From: an uncultured Ectothiorhodospiraceae bacterium
GTDB lineage: Bacteria; Pseudomonadota; Gammaproteobacteria; HK1
Length of the DNA: 57,799 nt
Assembly (NCBI GenBank): GCA_964599705.1
Contig: CAZRGU010000001.1
Span: 1-57,799, forward strand
Direction of reading: 5' to 3'
The translations under genes and the position numbers were made by a program. Position 1 is the first letter of the stretch; the number at the start of each line of letters is the position of its first letter. The notes under the pieces are model-generated. The model was not told the DNA's origin and searched no databases. It saw only the letters and a list, made by a program, of their open reading frames with translations. Below are positions 33,325-47,026 of this stretch, in pieces.

Positions 33325-34719
33325 TCAGCTCACCCTCTCCGGAACCGGGCGCGAGGCGGCCAGCCGCCGGTCGAGCATCGGTCCGATCAGAAACACCAGC
33401 CCGTAGGCCAGCGGCAGCACCAGGCTGACCAGTATCAGGCTGGCCTTGCCGGGGTCGAAGCGGATCGCGTCGGCCACGATCACCATCACCAGGAACCCGG
33501 TGAACATCCCCGCGTAGTAGCCCGGCGTGCGCTCCGCGCTGTAGGTCCACAGCACCACGAAGAAGGCGAAGTAGAGCTCACCGAGGCGCAGTCCGAGCTC
33601 GGAGAGCACCGGCGTGGGCGGCTGCATGCCGAGGTAGCCGAGCACCGCGAAGGTGCCCACGAACACGATCAGCGCGCCCCGGTGCAGCGGCCCCCGGTAG
33701 CGCACCGACTTGACCGGGTTGCGGTCGATCCAGGGCAGCACGAAGAAGGCCACGATCGACAGCCCCATGGCGACCACCCCGGTGAGCTTGTCGGGGATCG
33801 CCCGCAGGATGGCGTAGAAGGGCGTGAAGTACCACACCGGGGCGATGTGCTCGGGGGTCTTGAGCGAATCGGCGGGGATGAAGTTGTCCTTCTCCAGGAA
33901 GCGCCCGAAGAACTCCGGGGCGTAGAAGATCACCACCGCGAAGAGCAGCATGAAGACCGCCACCCCGAAGATGTCCTTGACCGTGTAGTAGGGGTGGAAG
34001 GGAATGCCGTCGAGCGGCACCCCGTCGGGGCCCTTCTTGGCCTTGATCTCGACCCCGTCGGGGTTGTTCGAGCCGACCTCGTGGAGCGCCATGATGTGCA
34101 TCACCACCAGCCCGAGGAGCACCAGCGGCAGGACCACCACGTGGAACGCGAAGAAGCGATTCAGGGTCGCGTCCGAGACCACGTAGTCGCCGCGGATCCA
34201 CACCGCCAGGGCGTCGCCGATGCCGAACGGCAGGGCCCCGAACAGCGAGATGATGACCTGCGCGCCCCAGTACGACATCTGCCCCCAGGGCAGCAGGTAG
34301 CCGAAGAAGGCCTCGGCCATCAAGGCCCCGTAGATGGCCATGCCGATCAGCCAGACCAGCTCGCGCGGGCGCTTGAACGAGCCGTACATCATGCCGCGGT
34401 AGATGTGCAGGTACACGGCGATGAAGAAGAACGAGGCGCCGGTCGAGTGCATGTAGCGGATCAGCCAGCCCCAGGGCACGTCGCGCATGATGAACTCGAC
34501 CGAGGCGAAGGCCCGCTCGGCGTCGGGCTTGTAGTCCATCGCCAGCCAGATGCCGCTGAGGATCTGCAGCACCAGCATGAGCAGCGCCAGCGAGCCGAAG
34601 TAGTACCAGAAGTTGAAGTTCTTGGGCGCGTAGTACTTGGCCAGGTGCTCGTTCCAGAGCTTGGTGAGCGGAAAGCGCGCGTCGATCCACTTGAGCAGCT
34701 CGCTGGCTATCGCCTTCAT
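33325..34719 (-). CDS. petB: Cytochrome b of the bc1 complex
   Basis: 464 aa, with NFNFWYYFGSLAL and IRYMHSTGASFFF, and a PEWY-like region reading TPEHIAPVWYFTPFYAILR. Confidence 0.97.
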   Translation of the reverse strand: MKAIASELLKWIDARFPLTKLWNEHLAKYYAPKNFNFWYYFGSLALLMLVLQILSGIWLAMDYKPDAERAFASVEFIMRDVPWGWLIRYMHSTGASFFFIAVYLHIYRGMMYGSFKRPRELVWLIGMAIYGALMAEAFFGYLLPWGQMSYWGAQVIISLFGALPFGIGDALAVWIRGDYVVSDATLNRFFAFHVVVLPLVLLGLVVMHIMALHEVGSNNPDGVEIKAKKGPDGVPLDGIPFHPYYTVKDIFGVAVFMLLFAVVIFYAPEFFGRFLEKDNFIPADSLKTPEHIAPVWYFTPFYAILRAIPDKLTGVVAMGLSIVAFFVLPWIDRNPVKSVRYRGPLHRGALIVFVGTFAVLGYLGMQPPTPVLSELGLRLGELYFAFFVVLWTYSAERTPGYYAGMFTGFLVMVIVADAIRFDPGKASLILVSLVLPLAYGLVFLIGPMLDRRLAASRPVPERVS

Positions 34720-34732
34720 CGGTCCCCTCTCC

Positions 34733-35320
34733 TTAGCTCGCGTCGACGCCGACCAGAACCCGGGTGTCGCTCAGGTAGGTGTGAGGCGGCACCACCAGGT
34801 TGAGCGGTGCCGGAACGCTCTGGAAGACGCGCCCGGCGAGATCGAAGCGCGAGCCGTGGCACGGGCAGAAGAAGCCGCCCTTCCAGTCCGGCCCGAGGGC
34901 GTGCGCGGCGCTCGCCCGCACGTAGCTCGGCGAGCAGCCCAGATGGGTGCAGATCCCGACCAGGACCAGGTACTCGGGCTTGATCGAGCGGTGCTCGTTG
35001 CGCGCGTAGGCCGGCTGCTGGGCCTCCTCGGAGCGCGGGTCGCGCAGCATCGGGTCGAGCGCCGGCAGGGTCTCGAGCTGCTCCTCGGTGCGGCGCAGCA
35101 CCCAGACCGGCTTGCCGCGCCACTTGACCCGCAGCATCTGCGCCGGCTCGAGCTTGCTGATGTCGACCTCGACCGGCGCCCCGGCGGCCTTGGCCCGCTC
35201 GCTCGGCATCAGCGCGGTGGCAAACGCCCAGCCGGCGCCGATCGCGCCGGCCCCGCCGACCACCGAGACCGCCCCGGTGAGGAAGCGCCGGCGGCGCTGG
35301 TTGACCCCTTCCCCGTCCAT
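34733..35320 (-). CDS. petA: Rieske 2Fe-2S subunit of the bc1 complex
   Basis: ORF 34733..35377 trimmed to MDGEGVNQRRRRFLT (Tat-like signal), with CTHLGC and CPCHGS, 195 aa. Confidence 0.93.
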   Translation of the reverse strand: MDGEGVNQRRRRFLTGAVSVVGGAGAIGAGWAFATALMPSERAKAAGAPVEVDISKLEPAQMLRVKWRGKPVWVLRRTEEQLETLPALDPMLRDPRSEEAQQPAYARNEHRSIKPEYLVLVGICTHLGCSPSYVRASAAHALGPDWKGGFFCPCHGSRFDLAGRVFQSVPAPLNLVVPPHTYLSDTRVLVGVDAS

Positions 35321-35416
35321 CTTCACCTGCCTCCGTGCGCCCCTGCCCGCACCGGCGAGCGCTGCGGACCCTGCCACGACACAATTTGAAGAGCTTCCTA
35401 TACCGCGGCCAGGTGG

Positions 35417-36541
35417 TCAAGCCCGCGGCCCTGCGCAGAGCCGCTCGAGGGCCCCGAGCAGGGCCTCGCTGTCCTCCGGGAGGCCGACCGTGAGGCGCAG
35501 GCAGTTGGCCAGCGCGGGGCTCGCGCCGTGCAGGTTCTTGACCAGGATGCCGGCCTCGAGCAGCCCCGCGTGGACCTCGGCGGCGGGCCGCGCGAGGGTG
35601 CGCACGAGCACGAAGTTGGCCTCGCTCGGCCACACCCGCAGCCCGGCGATGCGCTCGAGCCGCCCGATCAGGCGCTCGCGCTCGGCGCGGATCCGCTCGG
35701 CCTGGGCGGCGAAGAGCTCCGCGCGCCCGAGCGCGAAGATCGCGCAGGCCTGGGTCAGGGCGTTGATGTTGTAGGGCAGGCGCAGCCGCTCGAGGGCCTC
35801 GGCCCAGGGGGCGGGAGCGGCCAGCACCCCGAGGCGCAGCCCGGCCAGCCCGAGCTTGGAGACCGTGCGCAGCACCACCAGGTTGGGGTAGCGGTGGAGC
35901 TGCCCGACGAAGCTGCGGCGGGCGAACGGCGCGTAGGCCTCGTCGAGCACCACCAGCCCGGGCGCGGCCTCGATCACCGCCTCGATGGTCGGGCGCGCCC
36001 ACAGGTTGCCGGTCGGGTTGTTGGGGTAGGCGAGGAAGATCAGCGCCGGGCGGTGGCGCTCGATGGCCTCGAGCATGGCCGCGCGCGGCAGCGCGAAGCT
36101 CTCCGCGTCGAGCGCCACCTCGCGGTAGTCCATCCCGGTGGCCAGCGCGGCGTGCCGGTACATCACGAAGCTCGGCTCCGGGACCAGCATCGTCGCGCCC
36201 GCGGTGGCGACCGCCATCGCCACCATCTGGATGAGCTCGTCGGAGCCGTTGCCGAGCACCAGGGCGGCCTCGGCGGGCAGCTCGAGGGCCTCGCGCAGGC
36301 GCGCCTTGAGCTCGCCGGCCCCCGCGTCCGGGTAGCGGTTGACCGCCACCTGTCCGGCCAGCCGGGCCCACTCGGCGCGCATCGCCTCGGGCCACGGGTA
36401 GGGATTCTCCATCGCGTCGAGCTTGATCAGCCCGGCGGCGGAAGGGACCGGGTAGGCGGCCAGCGCCTGCACCTCGGGGCGCACCACCGCGCGCACCCGG
36501 GCCGCGGCGCGCGACTCGCCCCCCCGCCCCTCAGTCGCCAT
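35417..36541 (-). CDS. hisC: Histidinol-phosphate aminotransferase
   Basis: 374 aa, with [16 protein letters not shown] and the PLP-lysine region [14 protein letters not shown]. Confidence 0.93.
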   Translation of the reverse strand: MATEGRGGESRAAARVRAVVRPEVQALAAYPVPSAAGLIKLDAMENPYPWPEAMRAEWARLAGQVAVNRYPDAGAGELKARLREALELPAEAALVLGNGSDELIQMVAMAVATAGATMLVPEPSFVMYRHAALATGMDYREVALDAESFALPRAAMLEAIERHRPALIFLAYPNNPTGNLWARPTIEAVIEAAPGLVVLDEAYAPFARRSFVGQLHRYPNLVVLRTVSKLGLAGLRLGVLAAPAPWAEALERLRLPYNINALTQACAIFALGRAELFAAQAERIRAERERLIGRLERIAGLRVWPSEANFVLVRTLARPAAEVHAGLLEAGILVKNLHGASPALANCLRLTVGLPEDSEALLGALERLCAGPRA

Positions 36542-37843
36542 CGACGGCCTCGCTGCGCAGCTCCGCGGAGCGGGCGTGGGCGGTCAGCAGCTCGCCGCGG
36601 GCGAGCAGCGAGGCGAGCCGCCCGAGGGTCCGCGCCCCGGCCGGCGAGCAGCCGATCAGGCTGGTCCGCTTCTGGAAGTCGTAGACCCCGAGCGGCGAGG
36701 AGAAGCGCGCGCTGCGCGCGGTCGGCAGCACGTGGTTGGGCCCGGCGCAGTAGTCGCCGAGCGCCTCGGCGGTGTGGCGGCCGAGGAAGATCGCCCCGGC
36801 GTGGCGGATCCGCGCGAGCAGCGCCTCGGGGTCGGCCACCGAGAGCTCGAGGTGCTCGGGGGCAATGCGGTTGGCCAGCTCGCAGGCCTCGGCGAGGTCG
36901 CGGACCCGCACCAGCGCCCCGCGCGCGGCCAGCGCGCGGGCGATGATCGGGGCCCGCTCCATGCCCGGCAGGAGCCGCTCGATGGCCCGCTCGACCGCAT
37001 CGAGAAACCCCGCGTCGGGGCTGAGCAGCATCGCCCGCGCGTCCTCGTCGTGCTCGGCCTGGGAGAAGAGGTCCATCGCGATCCACTCGACCGGCGTCGC
37101 CCCGTCGCAGATCACCAGGATCTCGGAGGGCCCGGCGATCATGTCGATGCCGACCGCCCCGAACACCATCCGCTTGGCACAGGCCACGTAGGCGTTGCCG
37201 GGGCCGACGATCTTGTCGACCCGGGGCACGGTCTCGGTGCCGTAGGCGAGCGCGGCGATCGCCTGGGCCCCGCCGATGGTGAAGATCCGCTCGACCCCGG
37301 CGACCCGCGCCGCGGCGAGCACCAGGTCGGAGAGCTCGCCGCCCGGCGCCGGCACGGTCATCACCAGCGAGCCGACCCCGGCGACCGCCGCGGGCAGCGC
37401 GTTCATCAGCACCGAGGACGGGTAGCTGGCCTTGCCCCCGGGCACGTAGAGGCCGACCCGGTCGAGGGCCGTGACCTGCTGGCCGAGCAGCGTGCCGTCG
37501 GCCTCGCGGTAGCTCCACGAGCGCTCGAGCTGGTGCTGGTGGTAGGCGCGGATGCGGGCCGCGGCCTGCTCGAGGGCGTCGCGCTCGGCGCCATCGATCC
37601 TCTCCCAGGCCGCCTCGATGCACTCGCCGCCGAGCTCCAGATCGGCGGCCCGCTCGAGCTCGAGGCGGTCGAACCGGGCGCACAGATCGAGCAGCGCGCG
37701 GTCGCCTCGCGCGCGCACCTCGGCGATGATCGAGCGCACCCGGCGCTCGATCTCGGGGTCGGTCTCGGACTGGCTGGCGAGCAGCGCGGCGAGCCGCTCC
37801 CCGAACTCGGGCGCGGCGCTGTCGAGCCGGGCGATGGCACCGC

Positions 37844-37847
<4 letters not shown>
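36531..37847 (-). CDS. hisD: Histidinol dehydrogenase
   Basis: 438 aa, with [17 protein letters not shown] and SQAEHDEDA. Confidence 0.96.
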
Positions 37848-39993
<2,146 letters not shown>

Positions 39994-39994
<1 letters not shown>

Positions 39995-40320
39995 CAGCGC
40001 CGCTCGAGCAGGCCTTCGAGGCCGCTGGCCGCGGCGATCGCGCGCATCTGCCCCGGCAGGTTGCGCACCTCGAGCTCGATGCCCCGCCGGCGCGCCTCGC
40101 CCATCCAGGCGACCAGCAGCGCCAGCCCGGCGCTGTCGCTGCGCTCGACCCCGCCAAGATCGAGCTCGAGGCGCCCGCCGAGCCCGGCGAGCCGCTCGAC
40201 CCCCTCTCCCCAGAGCCCGCCCACGGTGGCCAGGGTGAGCGCACCGGCCAGCCGCCAGCGCCCGTCGGCCCCGGCCGCCAGCCGTCCCGCCTCGCCGGCG
40301 CCCCCCGCGGCCACCCTCAC
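39994..40320 (-). CDS. mlaB: STAS-domain protein MlaB
   Basis: 3' part of ORF 39994..40938. The GTG at 40320 overlaps the mlaC stop (GTGA). Sequence: LDLGGVERSDSAGLALLVAWMGEARRRGIELEVRNLPGQM, 108 aa. Confidence 0.82.
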
Positions 40321-40946
40321 GAGCCCTCGCGGTTGTGGCGGGCCAGGCGCGCGATCAGCCCGTCGATGCCGCCGCGCCGGATCTCGGCGCTGAAGCTCGA
40401 GCGGTAGTTGATCACCAGGCTGACCCCGTCGATGGCGACATCGTAGACCTTCCAGCCCTGCTCGGCGCGGTAGAGGCGGTAGTCGATCGGGATCGGCGGG
40501 CCGCCGTCCTGCTCGACCTTGGTGCGCACCAGCACGTCGTCGCCACGCTCGAGCGGCTCGAGGAAGCGGATCTCCTGGTCCTGGTACTCGAGCAGCGCGG
40601 TCGCGTAGGTGCGCATCAGCAGGGTGCGGAACTCGGCGACGAAGCGCTCCCGCTGGGCGCGGTCGGCGCGCCGCCAGTACTTGCCGAGCACCCGCTGGGC
40701 CATCCGCTCGAGGTCGAAGTGCGGCAGCATGATCTTCTCGACCAGGGCGAACAGCCGGGCCCGATCGCTGCGCAGCACCTCGCGCTCGCGCCGGATGGCC
40801 TCGATCATCCGCTCGGTGGTGGCCCGCACCAGCCTCTCCGGGGGCGGCGGCGAGTCGCCGGGCGTCGCGGCCCCGGCCGCCACCGTCCAGCCCAGCACCA
40901 GCGCCAGCACCAGCCCGCGCCCTGCCCTTCGCTGCCACCCGTTCAC
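40317..40946 (-). CDS. mlaC: Periplasmic phospholipid-binding protein MlaC (Ttg2D family)
   Basis: 209 aa with a signal peptide, and LPHFDLERMAQRVLGKYWRRA...WKVYDVAIDGVSLVINYRSSF. Confidence 0.92.
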   Translation of the reverse strand: MNGWQRRAGRGLVLALVLGWTVAAGAATPGDSPPPPERLVRATTERMIEAIRREREVLRSDRARLFALVEKIMLPHFDLERMAQRVLGKYWRRADRAQRERFVAEFRTLLMRTYATALLEYQDQEIRFLEPLERGDDVLVRTKVEQDGGPPIPIDYRLYRAEQGWKVYDVAIDGVSLVINYRSSFSAEIRRGGIDGLIARLARHNREGS

Positions 40947-41416
40947 GGCTGCTTCTCCCCGGCTGCCTTGCTGTAGAGGAACTGGCCGATCACCTGCTCG
41001 AGCACGATCGCCGACTGGGTCAGGCGGATCTCGTCGCCGTCGCCGAGGAAGCGCTCCTCGCCGCCGGCCTCGAGCCCGACGTACTGCTCGCCGAGCAGCC
41101 CCGAGGTGAAGATGCTCGCCGAGGTGTCGACCGGGATCCGGTCGTGCTCCCGGCCGAGGCGCATGCTGACCACCGCCTCGTAGGACTGGTCGTCGAAGTC
41201 GATCGCCACCACCCGGCCGATCCGCACCCCGGCCATCTTCACCGGCGAGCGCACCTTGAGCCCGCCGACGTTGTCGAAGCGTGCCTTGACCAGGTAGCCG
41301 CCGCCGCTGCTGCGCTCGGCCAGGTTGCTGACCTTCATCGCCAGGACCAGCAGCGCGGCCAGCCCCAGGGCCACGAACAGCCCGACCCCGATCTCGACCG
41401 TCCTGCTATTGACCAC
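40943..41416 (-). CDS. mlaD: MCE-domain protein MlaD
   Basis: 157 aa, with an N-terminal TM segment and the MCE core YLVKARFDNVGGLKVRSPVKMAGVRIGRV. Confidence 0.93.
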   Translation of the reverse strand: MVNSRTVEIGVGLFVALGLAALLVLAMKVSNLAERSSGGGYLVKARFDNVGGLKVRSPVKMAGVRIGRVVAIDFDDQSYEAVVSMRLGREHDRIPVDTSASIFTSGLLGEQYVGLEAGGEERFLGDGDEIRLTQSAIVLEQVIGQFLYSKAAGEKQP

Positions 41417-41443
41417 GTCCCGCCACCTGCCTCGAACCCTGCG

Positions 41444-42223
41444 TCACTGGTTGAACATCAGCGCGGTGAGCACGAAGTCGAGCCCCAGCACCGCCAGCGA
41501 GGAGTTGACCACCGTGCGGGTGGTCGCCGCGCTCACCCCCTCGGAGGTCGGCACCGCATCGTAGCCCTCGAAGACCGCGATCCAGGTCACCGCGATCCCG
41601 AACACCGCGCTCTTGACCACCCCGTTGAGGACGTCCTCGCCGACCTCGACCTGGGCCTGCATCTGCGACCAGAAGGCGCCGTCGTCGACGCCGAGCAGCC
41701 CGACCCCGACGAAGTAGCCGCCGACCACCCCGAGGGCGCTGAAGATCGCGGCCAGCAGCGGCATCGACAGCACCCCGGCGAGGAAGCGCGGTGCCACCAC
41801 CCGGCGCAGCGGATCGACGGCCATCATCTCCATGCCGTCGAGCTGCTCGGTGGCCTTCATCAGGCCGATCTCGGCGGTCAGCGCCGAGCCGGCGCGCCCC
41901 GCGAAGAGCAGCGCCGCGACCACCGGTCCGAGCTCGCGCACCAGCGACAGCGCCACCAGCACGCCGAGCGACTCCTCGGCGCCGAAGTCAACCAGCGTAT
42001 TATAGCCCTGCAGCCCGAGGACCATGCCGACGAAGGTCCCCGAGACCACGATGATCACCAGCGAGCGTACCCCGGTCGACCACATCTGCGCCACCACCAG
42101 GCGCGGGCGGGCGAGCGGCGTGCCGAGCCCCGCGAGCACCTGGAAGAGGAAGATCGTGGCCCGCCCGAGGCGCTCGAAGAAGCCGAGCGCGCGCCGCCCG
42201 AGCAGGGCCAGCGCCTCGCTCAC
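41444..42223 (-). CDS. mlaE: ABC permease MlaE
   Basis: ORF 41444..42322 trimmed to the GTG at 42223 (GTGA overlap with the mlaF stop), 259 aa, polytopic. Confidence 0.92.
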   Translation of the reverse strand: MSEALALLGRRALGFFERLGRATIFLFQVLAGLGTPLARPRLVVAQMWSTGVRSLVIIVVSGTFVGMVLGLQGYNTLVDFGAEESLGVLVALSLVRELGPVVAALLFAGRAGSALTAEIGLMKATEQLDGMEMMAVDPLRRVVAPRFLAGVLSMPLLAAIFSALGVVGGYFVGVGLLGVDDGAFWSQMQAQVEVGEDVLNGVVKSAVFGIAVTWIAVFEGYDAVPTSEGVSAATTRTVVNSSLAVLGLDFVLTALMFNQ

Positions 42224-43035
42224 CGTGCCGCCCCCTCGAGCAGGTCCTCGAGGTAGCCGCGTGCCGGGTAGTGGAACGGCACCGGCCCGTCGGGCAGCCC
42301 CTCCATGAACTGGCGCACCCACGGCGAGCCGCCCGCGGCCAGCGCCTCGGGGCTTCCCTCGCCGACCACCTTGCCCTCGGCCAGGACGTAGACGTAGTCG
42401 GCGATCGAGGCGGTCTCGGGCACGTCGTGGGAGACCACGATGCTGGTCAGCCCGAGGGCCTCGTTGAGCCGCCGGATCAGGGTCACCAGCACCCCCATCG
42501 AGATCGGGTCCTGGCCCGAGAACGGCTCGTCGTACATCACCATCATCGGCTCGAGCGCGATCGCGCGGGCCAGCGCGACCCGCCGCGCCATCCCCCCGGA
42601 GAGCTCGCGCGGCAGCAGATGGCGGGCGCCGCGCAGCCCGACCGCCTCGAGCTTCATCAGCACCAGGGCGCGGAGCAGCGGCTCGGGCAGGTCGGTGTGC
42701 TCGCGCAGCGGGAAGGCGACGTTCTCGAAGACCGTCAGATCGGTGAGCAGAGCGCCGCTCTGGAACAGCATCCCCATCCGCCGGCGCAGCGCGAAGAGGC
42801 GCTCGCGCGAGAGCCGGTGGACGTCGATGCCATCGACCTCGATGGTCCCGGCGAGCGGGCGCAGGGTGCCGCCGATCAGCTTCAGCAGGGTGGTCTTGCC
42901 GGCCCCGCTCGGACCCATGATCGCGGTCACCGCGCCGCGCCGGATGTCGAGGTCGATGCCGTCGAAGATCAGCCGCTCGCCGCGCGCGAAGCGCAGCCCG
43001 CGCACCGCGACCAGTGGCGCCGGCCGGTCGCTCAC
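42220..43035 (-). CDS. mlaF: ABC ATPase MlaF
   Basis: 271 aa, with Walker [10 protein letters not shown], signature [14 protein letters not shown] and Walker B MVMYDEP. The GTG start overlaps the secF stop. Confidence 0.95.
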   Translation of the reverse strand: MSDRPAPLVAVRGLRFARGERLIFDGIDLDIRRGAVTAIMGPSGAGKTTLLKLIGGTLRPLAGTIEVDGIDVHRLSRERLFALRRRMGMLFQSGALLTDLTVFENVAFPLREHTDLPEPLLRALVLMKLEAVGLRGARHLLPRELSGGMARRVALARAIALEPMMVMYDEPFSGQDPISMGVLVTLIRRLNEALGLTSIVVSHDVPETASIADYVYVLAEGKVVGEGSPEALAAGGSPWVRQFMEGLPDGPVPFHYPARGYLEDLLEGAAR

Positions 43036-43970
43036 GGCCGGGCGTCGACCTCGGCGCCTTCCTTGCGCACCGGCATCAGGTCCGCCTTGCTGATCCCGAG
43101 GGCCAGCGCCGCGGTGCTGGCCACGTAGATCGACGAGTAGGTGCCGATCACGATGCCGACCAGCAGCGCGGTGGCGAAGCCGTGAATCAGGTCGCCGCCG
43201 AGCGCGAACAGCGCCGCCAGCACCAGCAGGGTGGTGAACGAGGTCATCAGGGTGCGCGCCAGGGTCTGGTTGATCGAGGTGTTGACGATCGCCACCGGGG
43301 TGCCCTTGCGCATCCGCCGGAAGTTCTCGCGCACCCGGTCGAAGACCACGATGGTGTCGTTGAGCGAGTAGCCGATCACGGCCAGCACCGCGGCCAGCAC
43401 GGTGAGATCGAACTCCAGCCCGAACAGGGCGAAGAAGCCGACCGTGATGATCACGTCGTGGACCAGGGCGGCCACCGCCCCGAGCGCGAAACGGTACTCG
43501 AAGCGAAAGCCGACGTAGAGCAGGATCGCGCCCAGCGCGATCAGCATCGCCAGCCCGCCGTCCTCGGCCAGCTCGCCGCCGACCTGCGGACCGACGAACT
43601 CGACCCGGCGCAGGGTCAGCTCGCCGCCGTGCCCGGCGCGCAGCGCCTGGAGCACCTCGCTGCTCAGCTTGGCCTTGCTGAGATCCTCGCGCGGGGCGAT
43701 CCGCACCAGCACGTCGCGGGTGGTCCCGAAGTGCTGGACCACGGCGTCCTTGAAGCCGGCCCCGGCGAGGCTGGCCCGCACCCCGGCGAGCTCGACCGGC
43801 TCGGGGAAGACGACCTCGATCAGGGTCCCGCCAGTGAAGTCGATGCCGAAGTTGAGCCCGCGTACCGCCAGCGAGAGCAGCGCCACCACGATCAGCGTCG
43901 TCGAGAAGGCGAGCGCGATCCGGCGCTTGCCGATGAAGTCGATCTCGGTCCGTCGGGTAAGAAACCGCAT
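43032..43970 (-). CDS. secF: Protein translocase subunit SecF
   Basis: 312 aa, with FGIDFTGGT and [15 protein letters not shown]. Confidence 0.96.
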   Translation of the reverse strand: MRFLTRRTEIDFIGKRRIALAFSTTLIVVALLSLAVRGLNFGIDFTGGTLIEVVFPEPVELAGVRASLAGAGFKDAVVQHFGTTRDVLVRIAPREDLSKAKLSSEVLQALRAGHGGELTLRRVEFVGPQVGGELAEDGGLAMLIALGAILLYVGFRFEYRFALGAVAALVHDVIITVGFFALFGLEFDLTVLAAVLAVIGYSLNDTIVVFDRVRENFRRMRKGTPVAIVNTSINQTLARTLMTSFTTLLVLAALFALGGDLIHGFATALLVGIVIGTYSSIYVASTAALALGISKADLMPVRKEGAEVDARP

Positions 43971-43998
43971 CGCCGCTGCGCCTCGCTCGCCGTCCCGC

Positions 43999-45867
43999 TC
44001 AGACGCCGCCGATCGCCAGGCGCCGCACCCGGCGACCGCCGTAGATCAGGTTGACCGCCGCGCGGGTGCCCATGATCGCGGTGAACATCGAGGTCAGGAT
44101 GCCGAGCGAGAGGGTCACCGCGAACCCCTTGATCGGGCCGGTGCCGAAGCCGAACAGCACCACCGCCGCGATCAGGGTGGTGATGTTGGCGTCGGCGATC
44201 GTCGAGAGGGCCTTCTGGTAGCCGGCGTGGATGCTCGCCTGCGGGGTGTTGCCGTTGCGCAGCTCCTCGCGGATGCGCTCGTAGATGAGCACGTTGGCAT
44301 CCACGGCCATCCCCACGGTGAGCACGATGCCCGCGATCCCGGGCAGGGTCAGGGTCGCCTGGAGCATCGACAGCAGGGCCACGATCAGCACCAGGTTGGC
44401 GGCCAGCGCGAGGTCCGCGATCAGCCCGAAGAGGCGGTAGTAGACGGCCATGAACACGAGCACCAGCACGAACCCGACCGCCACCGAGAGGAAGCCCTGC
44501 TCGATGTTCTGGCGCCCCAGGCTCGGCCCCACGGTGCGCTCCTCGATGATCTCGATGGGCGCGGCGAGCGCCCCGGCGCGCAGCAGCAGGGCGAGGTTGC
44601 GGGCCTCCTCGGTGTTGTCGAGCCCGCTGATCTGGAAGCGCTTGCCGAGCTGGTCGCGGATCACGGCGACGTTGATCACCTCCTCGACCACCCAGCGCTT
44701 CTTGACCGGCTTGCCGTCGACCATCTCGGTGGCGCTCTTGTTCTCGATGTAGACCACCGCCATGCTCTGGCCGATCTTGTCGCGGGTGCGCTGCGAGAAG
44801 ATCCGCGCGCCCTTGCCGTCGAGGGTGATGAAGACGGCCGGCGAGCCGGTCTGCTGCTCGATCCCGGAGGCCGCATCGGTGATGTAGTCGCCGGTCAGCA
44901 TCACGCTGCGCTTGAGCAGCACCGGGCGTCCCTCGCGGGTCTTGTAGAGCTTGGAGGTGGCCGGCACCCGGCCTGCCAGCGCCTCGTCGAGCGAGTGCTG
45001 CTCGTCGACCATGTGGAACTCGAGGGTCGCGGTGGCGCCGAGGATCTCCTTGGCCCGGGCGGTGTCCTGGACGCCGGGGAGCTGGACCACCACCCGGCTG
45101 TCGCCCTGCTGCTGGATGACCGGTTCGGCGACCCCGAGCTCGTTGACCCGGTTGCGCAGCGTGGTGATGTTCTGCTGCAGCGCGAAGCGGCGCACCTCGC
45201 GGGCCGCGCTCTCGCTCAGGCGCAGGGTCAGGGTGGTGTCGTTGGGGTCCTCGGGGCGGGTGATCACCAGGTCCGGGAAGCGATCGCGGAGCAGGTCGTA
45301 GGCCAGATCGCGGGTCGCGACGTCGCGCAGCCGGACCACGATGCCGCGCCCCTCGCGCAGGGTGATCGAGCGGTAGCGCAGCTTGGCCTCGCGCAGCTCG
45401 GTGCGCAGGTCCCCGGCGTAGCGCTGCTCGGCCTGGCGCACCGCGCCGTCCATGTCGACCTGCATCAGGAAGTGGACCCCGCCGCGCAGGTCGAGCCCCA
45501 GGTACATCGGCAGCACCCCGGTGGCGGCCAGCCAGTCGGGCATCGCCGAGGCGAGGTTGAGCGCCACCACGTACTGGCGGCCGAGATCGGCGCGCAGCGC
45601 GTCCTGGGCCTTGAGCTGGCTCTCCGGGTCGTGGAGGCGAACCAGGATGCGCCGGGCGTCGCGCTCGATGGCCTTCGGCTCGACGGCCACCCGCTCGAGG
45701 CTGGAGCGCACCCGCTGCTCGAGCGCGGCGTCGATCGGCGCCCCGCGCACCCCCGAGATCTGCACCGCCGGGTCCTCGCCGAAGACGTTGGGCAGGGCGA
45801 AGAACGCCCCGACCACGAGCACGCCGAGGACGAGCAGATACTTCCAGAGCGGATACTGGTTGATCAT
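43999..45867 (-). CDS. secD: Protein translocase subunit SecD
   Basis: 622 aa, MINQYPLWKYLLVLGVL...LGLDLRGGVHF...VDANVLIYERIREE. Confidence 0.97.
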   Translation of the reverse strand: MINQYPLWKYLLVLGVLVVGAFFALPNVFGEDPAVQISGVRGAPIDAALEQRVRSSLERVAVEPKAIERDARRILVRLHDPESQLKAQDALRADLGRQYVVALNLASAMPDWLAATGVLPMYLGLDLRGGVHFLMQVDMDGAVRQAEQRYAGDLRTELREAKLRYRSITLREGRGIVVRLRDVATRDLAYDLLRDRFPDLVITRPEDPNDTTLTLRLSESAAREVRRFALQQNITTLRNRVNELGVAEPVIQQQGDSRVVVQLPGVQDTARAKEILGATATLEFHMVDEQHSLDEALAGRVPATSKLYKTREGRPVLLKRSVMLTGDYITDAASGIEQQTGSPAVFITLDGKGARIFSQRTRDKIGQSMAVVYIENKSATEMVDGKPVKKRWVVEEVINVAVIRDQLGKRFQISGLDNTEEARNLALLLRAGALAAPIEIIEERTVGPSLGRQNIEQGFLSVAVGFVLVLVFMAVYYRLFGLIADLALAANLVLIVALLSMLQATLTLPGIAGIVLTVGMAVDANVLIYERIREELRNGNTPQASIHAGYQKALSTIADANITTLIAAVVLFGFGTGPIKGFAVTLSLGILTSMFTAIMGTRAAVNLIYGGRRVRRLAIGGV

Positions 45868-45883
45868 CGCCCGCCGCCGGCGA

Positions 45884-46219
45884 TCACGAGGCGGACTTGA
45901 GGGTGCCCTTGGGCATCAGCGAGGCCACCGCCGAGCGCTGCACGCGCAGCTGGGTGCCCTCGGCGACCTCGAGGGTGATGAAGTTGTCGCCGACCTTGGT
46001 GATGCGGCCGAGCAGGCCGCCGTTGGTGACCACCTCGTCGCCCTTGGCGAGCGCCTCGACCATCCGCTTGTGCTCCTTCTGGCGCTTCTGCTGGGGGCGG
46101 ATGAGGAGGAAGTAGAAGACCGCGAAGAGCACGATCAGCATCACGAAGCTGATCGTCGGATCGCCCTGCGCGGAGCTGCCGCCCTGCTGGGCGTAGGCGT
46201 CGGAAATCAGGAATCCCAT
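45884..46219 (-). CDS. yajC: Preprotein translocase subunit YajC
   Basis: 111 aa, with FYFLLIRPQQKRQKEHKRM and VVTNGGLLGRITKVGDNFITLEV. Confidence 0.95.
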   Translation of the reverse strand: MGFLISDAYAQQGGSSAQGDPTISFVMLIVLFAVFYFLLIRPQQKRQKEHKRMVEALAKGDEVVTNGGLLGRITKVGDNFITLEVAEGTQLRVQRSAVASLMPKGTLKSAS

Positions 46220-46258
46220 GGCCGGTCCATTGGCTCGCTGTGGTCAGACAAGCGATGG

Positions 46259-46267
46259 ATTATGGCA
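46259..46267 (-). promoter_or_regulatory. Candidate extended -10 element (TGcCATAAT) upstream of yajC
   Basis: The minus strand reads gGTGCCATAATcc, about 40 nt upstream of the yajC ATG. I found no convincing -35. Confidence 0.25.
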
Positions 46268-46357
46268 CCTTCGCCGGCGCCAGGCGAGGCCCGGGCGAGC
46301 CCCGGCGGCGCGCCGGGCCCGGGTGGCAGGCGTCGCCGCCCGCCCGCCCGCTGCGGC

Positions 46358-47026
46358 TCAGCGGGCCTCGATCCGGGTCACGGTACGCGCCCGGGCGAGC
46401 CCCGGTACCCGCACCTCCAGGGTCTCGCGGCGGGCCGGCGGTGCGGGCAGCTCGCCGGCCCAGCCCCCGGGCCCGGTCATCGCCAGCAGCCGGCCACCGG
46501 CCTCGAGCAGGCGCGCGGCATGCGGCCAGAGCCGCGCCGGGGAGAGCGCCGCGCGGCTGACCACGGTGGCGAAGCGCTCGGGCGGTGCGAACGCCTCGAT
46601 GCGCGCCCGCACCACCTCGACGTTGGCCAGTCCCAGCTCGAGGGCGACCTGGGTGCAGAAGCGGGTCTTCTTGGCGCTGGCGTCGAGCAGCACGCAGCGC
46701 AGCCGCGGCCGGGCCGCGGCCAGCACCAGGCCGGGAAGCCCGGCGCCGGTGCCGACATCGAGCAGCGCCCCGTCGCCGAGCCAGGCGAGCAGCGAGAGCG
46801 AGTCGAGCAGGTGGCGCGGCACCATCTCGCGGGGGTCGCGCACCGCGGTGAGGTTGTAGGCGCGGTTCCAGCGCGCGAGCAGCGCGAGGTAGTCGAGGAG
46901 GCGCTCGCGGGCGGCCTCGTCGAGCCCCCAGCCGGCCTCCTCGAGCCCCCCGTCGAGGGCCACGCGCAGCGCCGCGCGCCGCGCCACCGGAGCGGGCGGC
47001 GCCGGGCGCCGCGCGCTAGCCCGCAT
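46358..47026 (-). CDS. rsmG: 16S rRNA m7G527 methyltransferase
   Basis: ORF 46358..47566 trimmed to the ATG at 47026. It contains [28 protein letters not shown] and the SAM motif [12 protein letters not shown]. The start is uncertain and overlaps the mnmG end by 11 nt. Confidence 0.88.
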   Translation of the reverse strand: MRASARRPAPPAPVARRAALRVALDGGLEEAGWGLDEAARERLLDYLALLARWNRAYNLTAVRDPREMVPRHLLDSLSLLAWLGDGALLDVGTGAGLPGLVLAAARPRLRCVLLDASAKKTRFCTQVALELGLANVEVVRARIEAFAPPERFATVVSRAALSPARLWPHAARLLEAGGRLLAMTGPGGWAGELPAPPARRETLEVRVPGLARARTVTRIEAR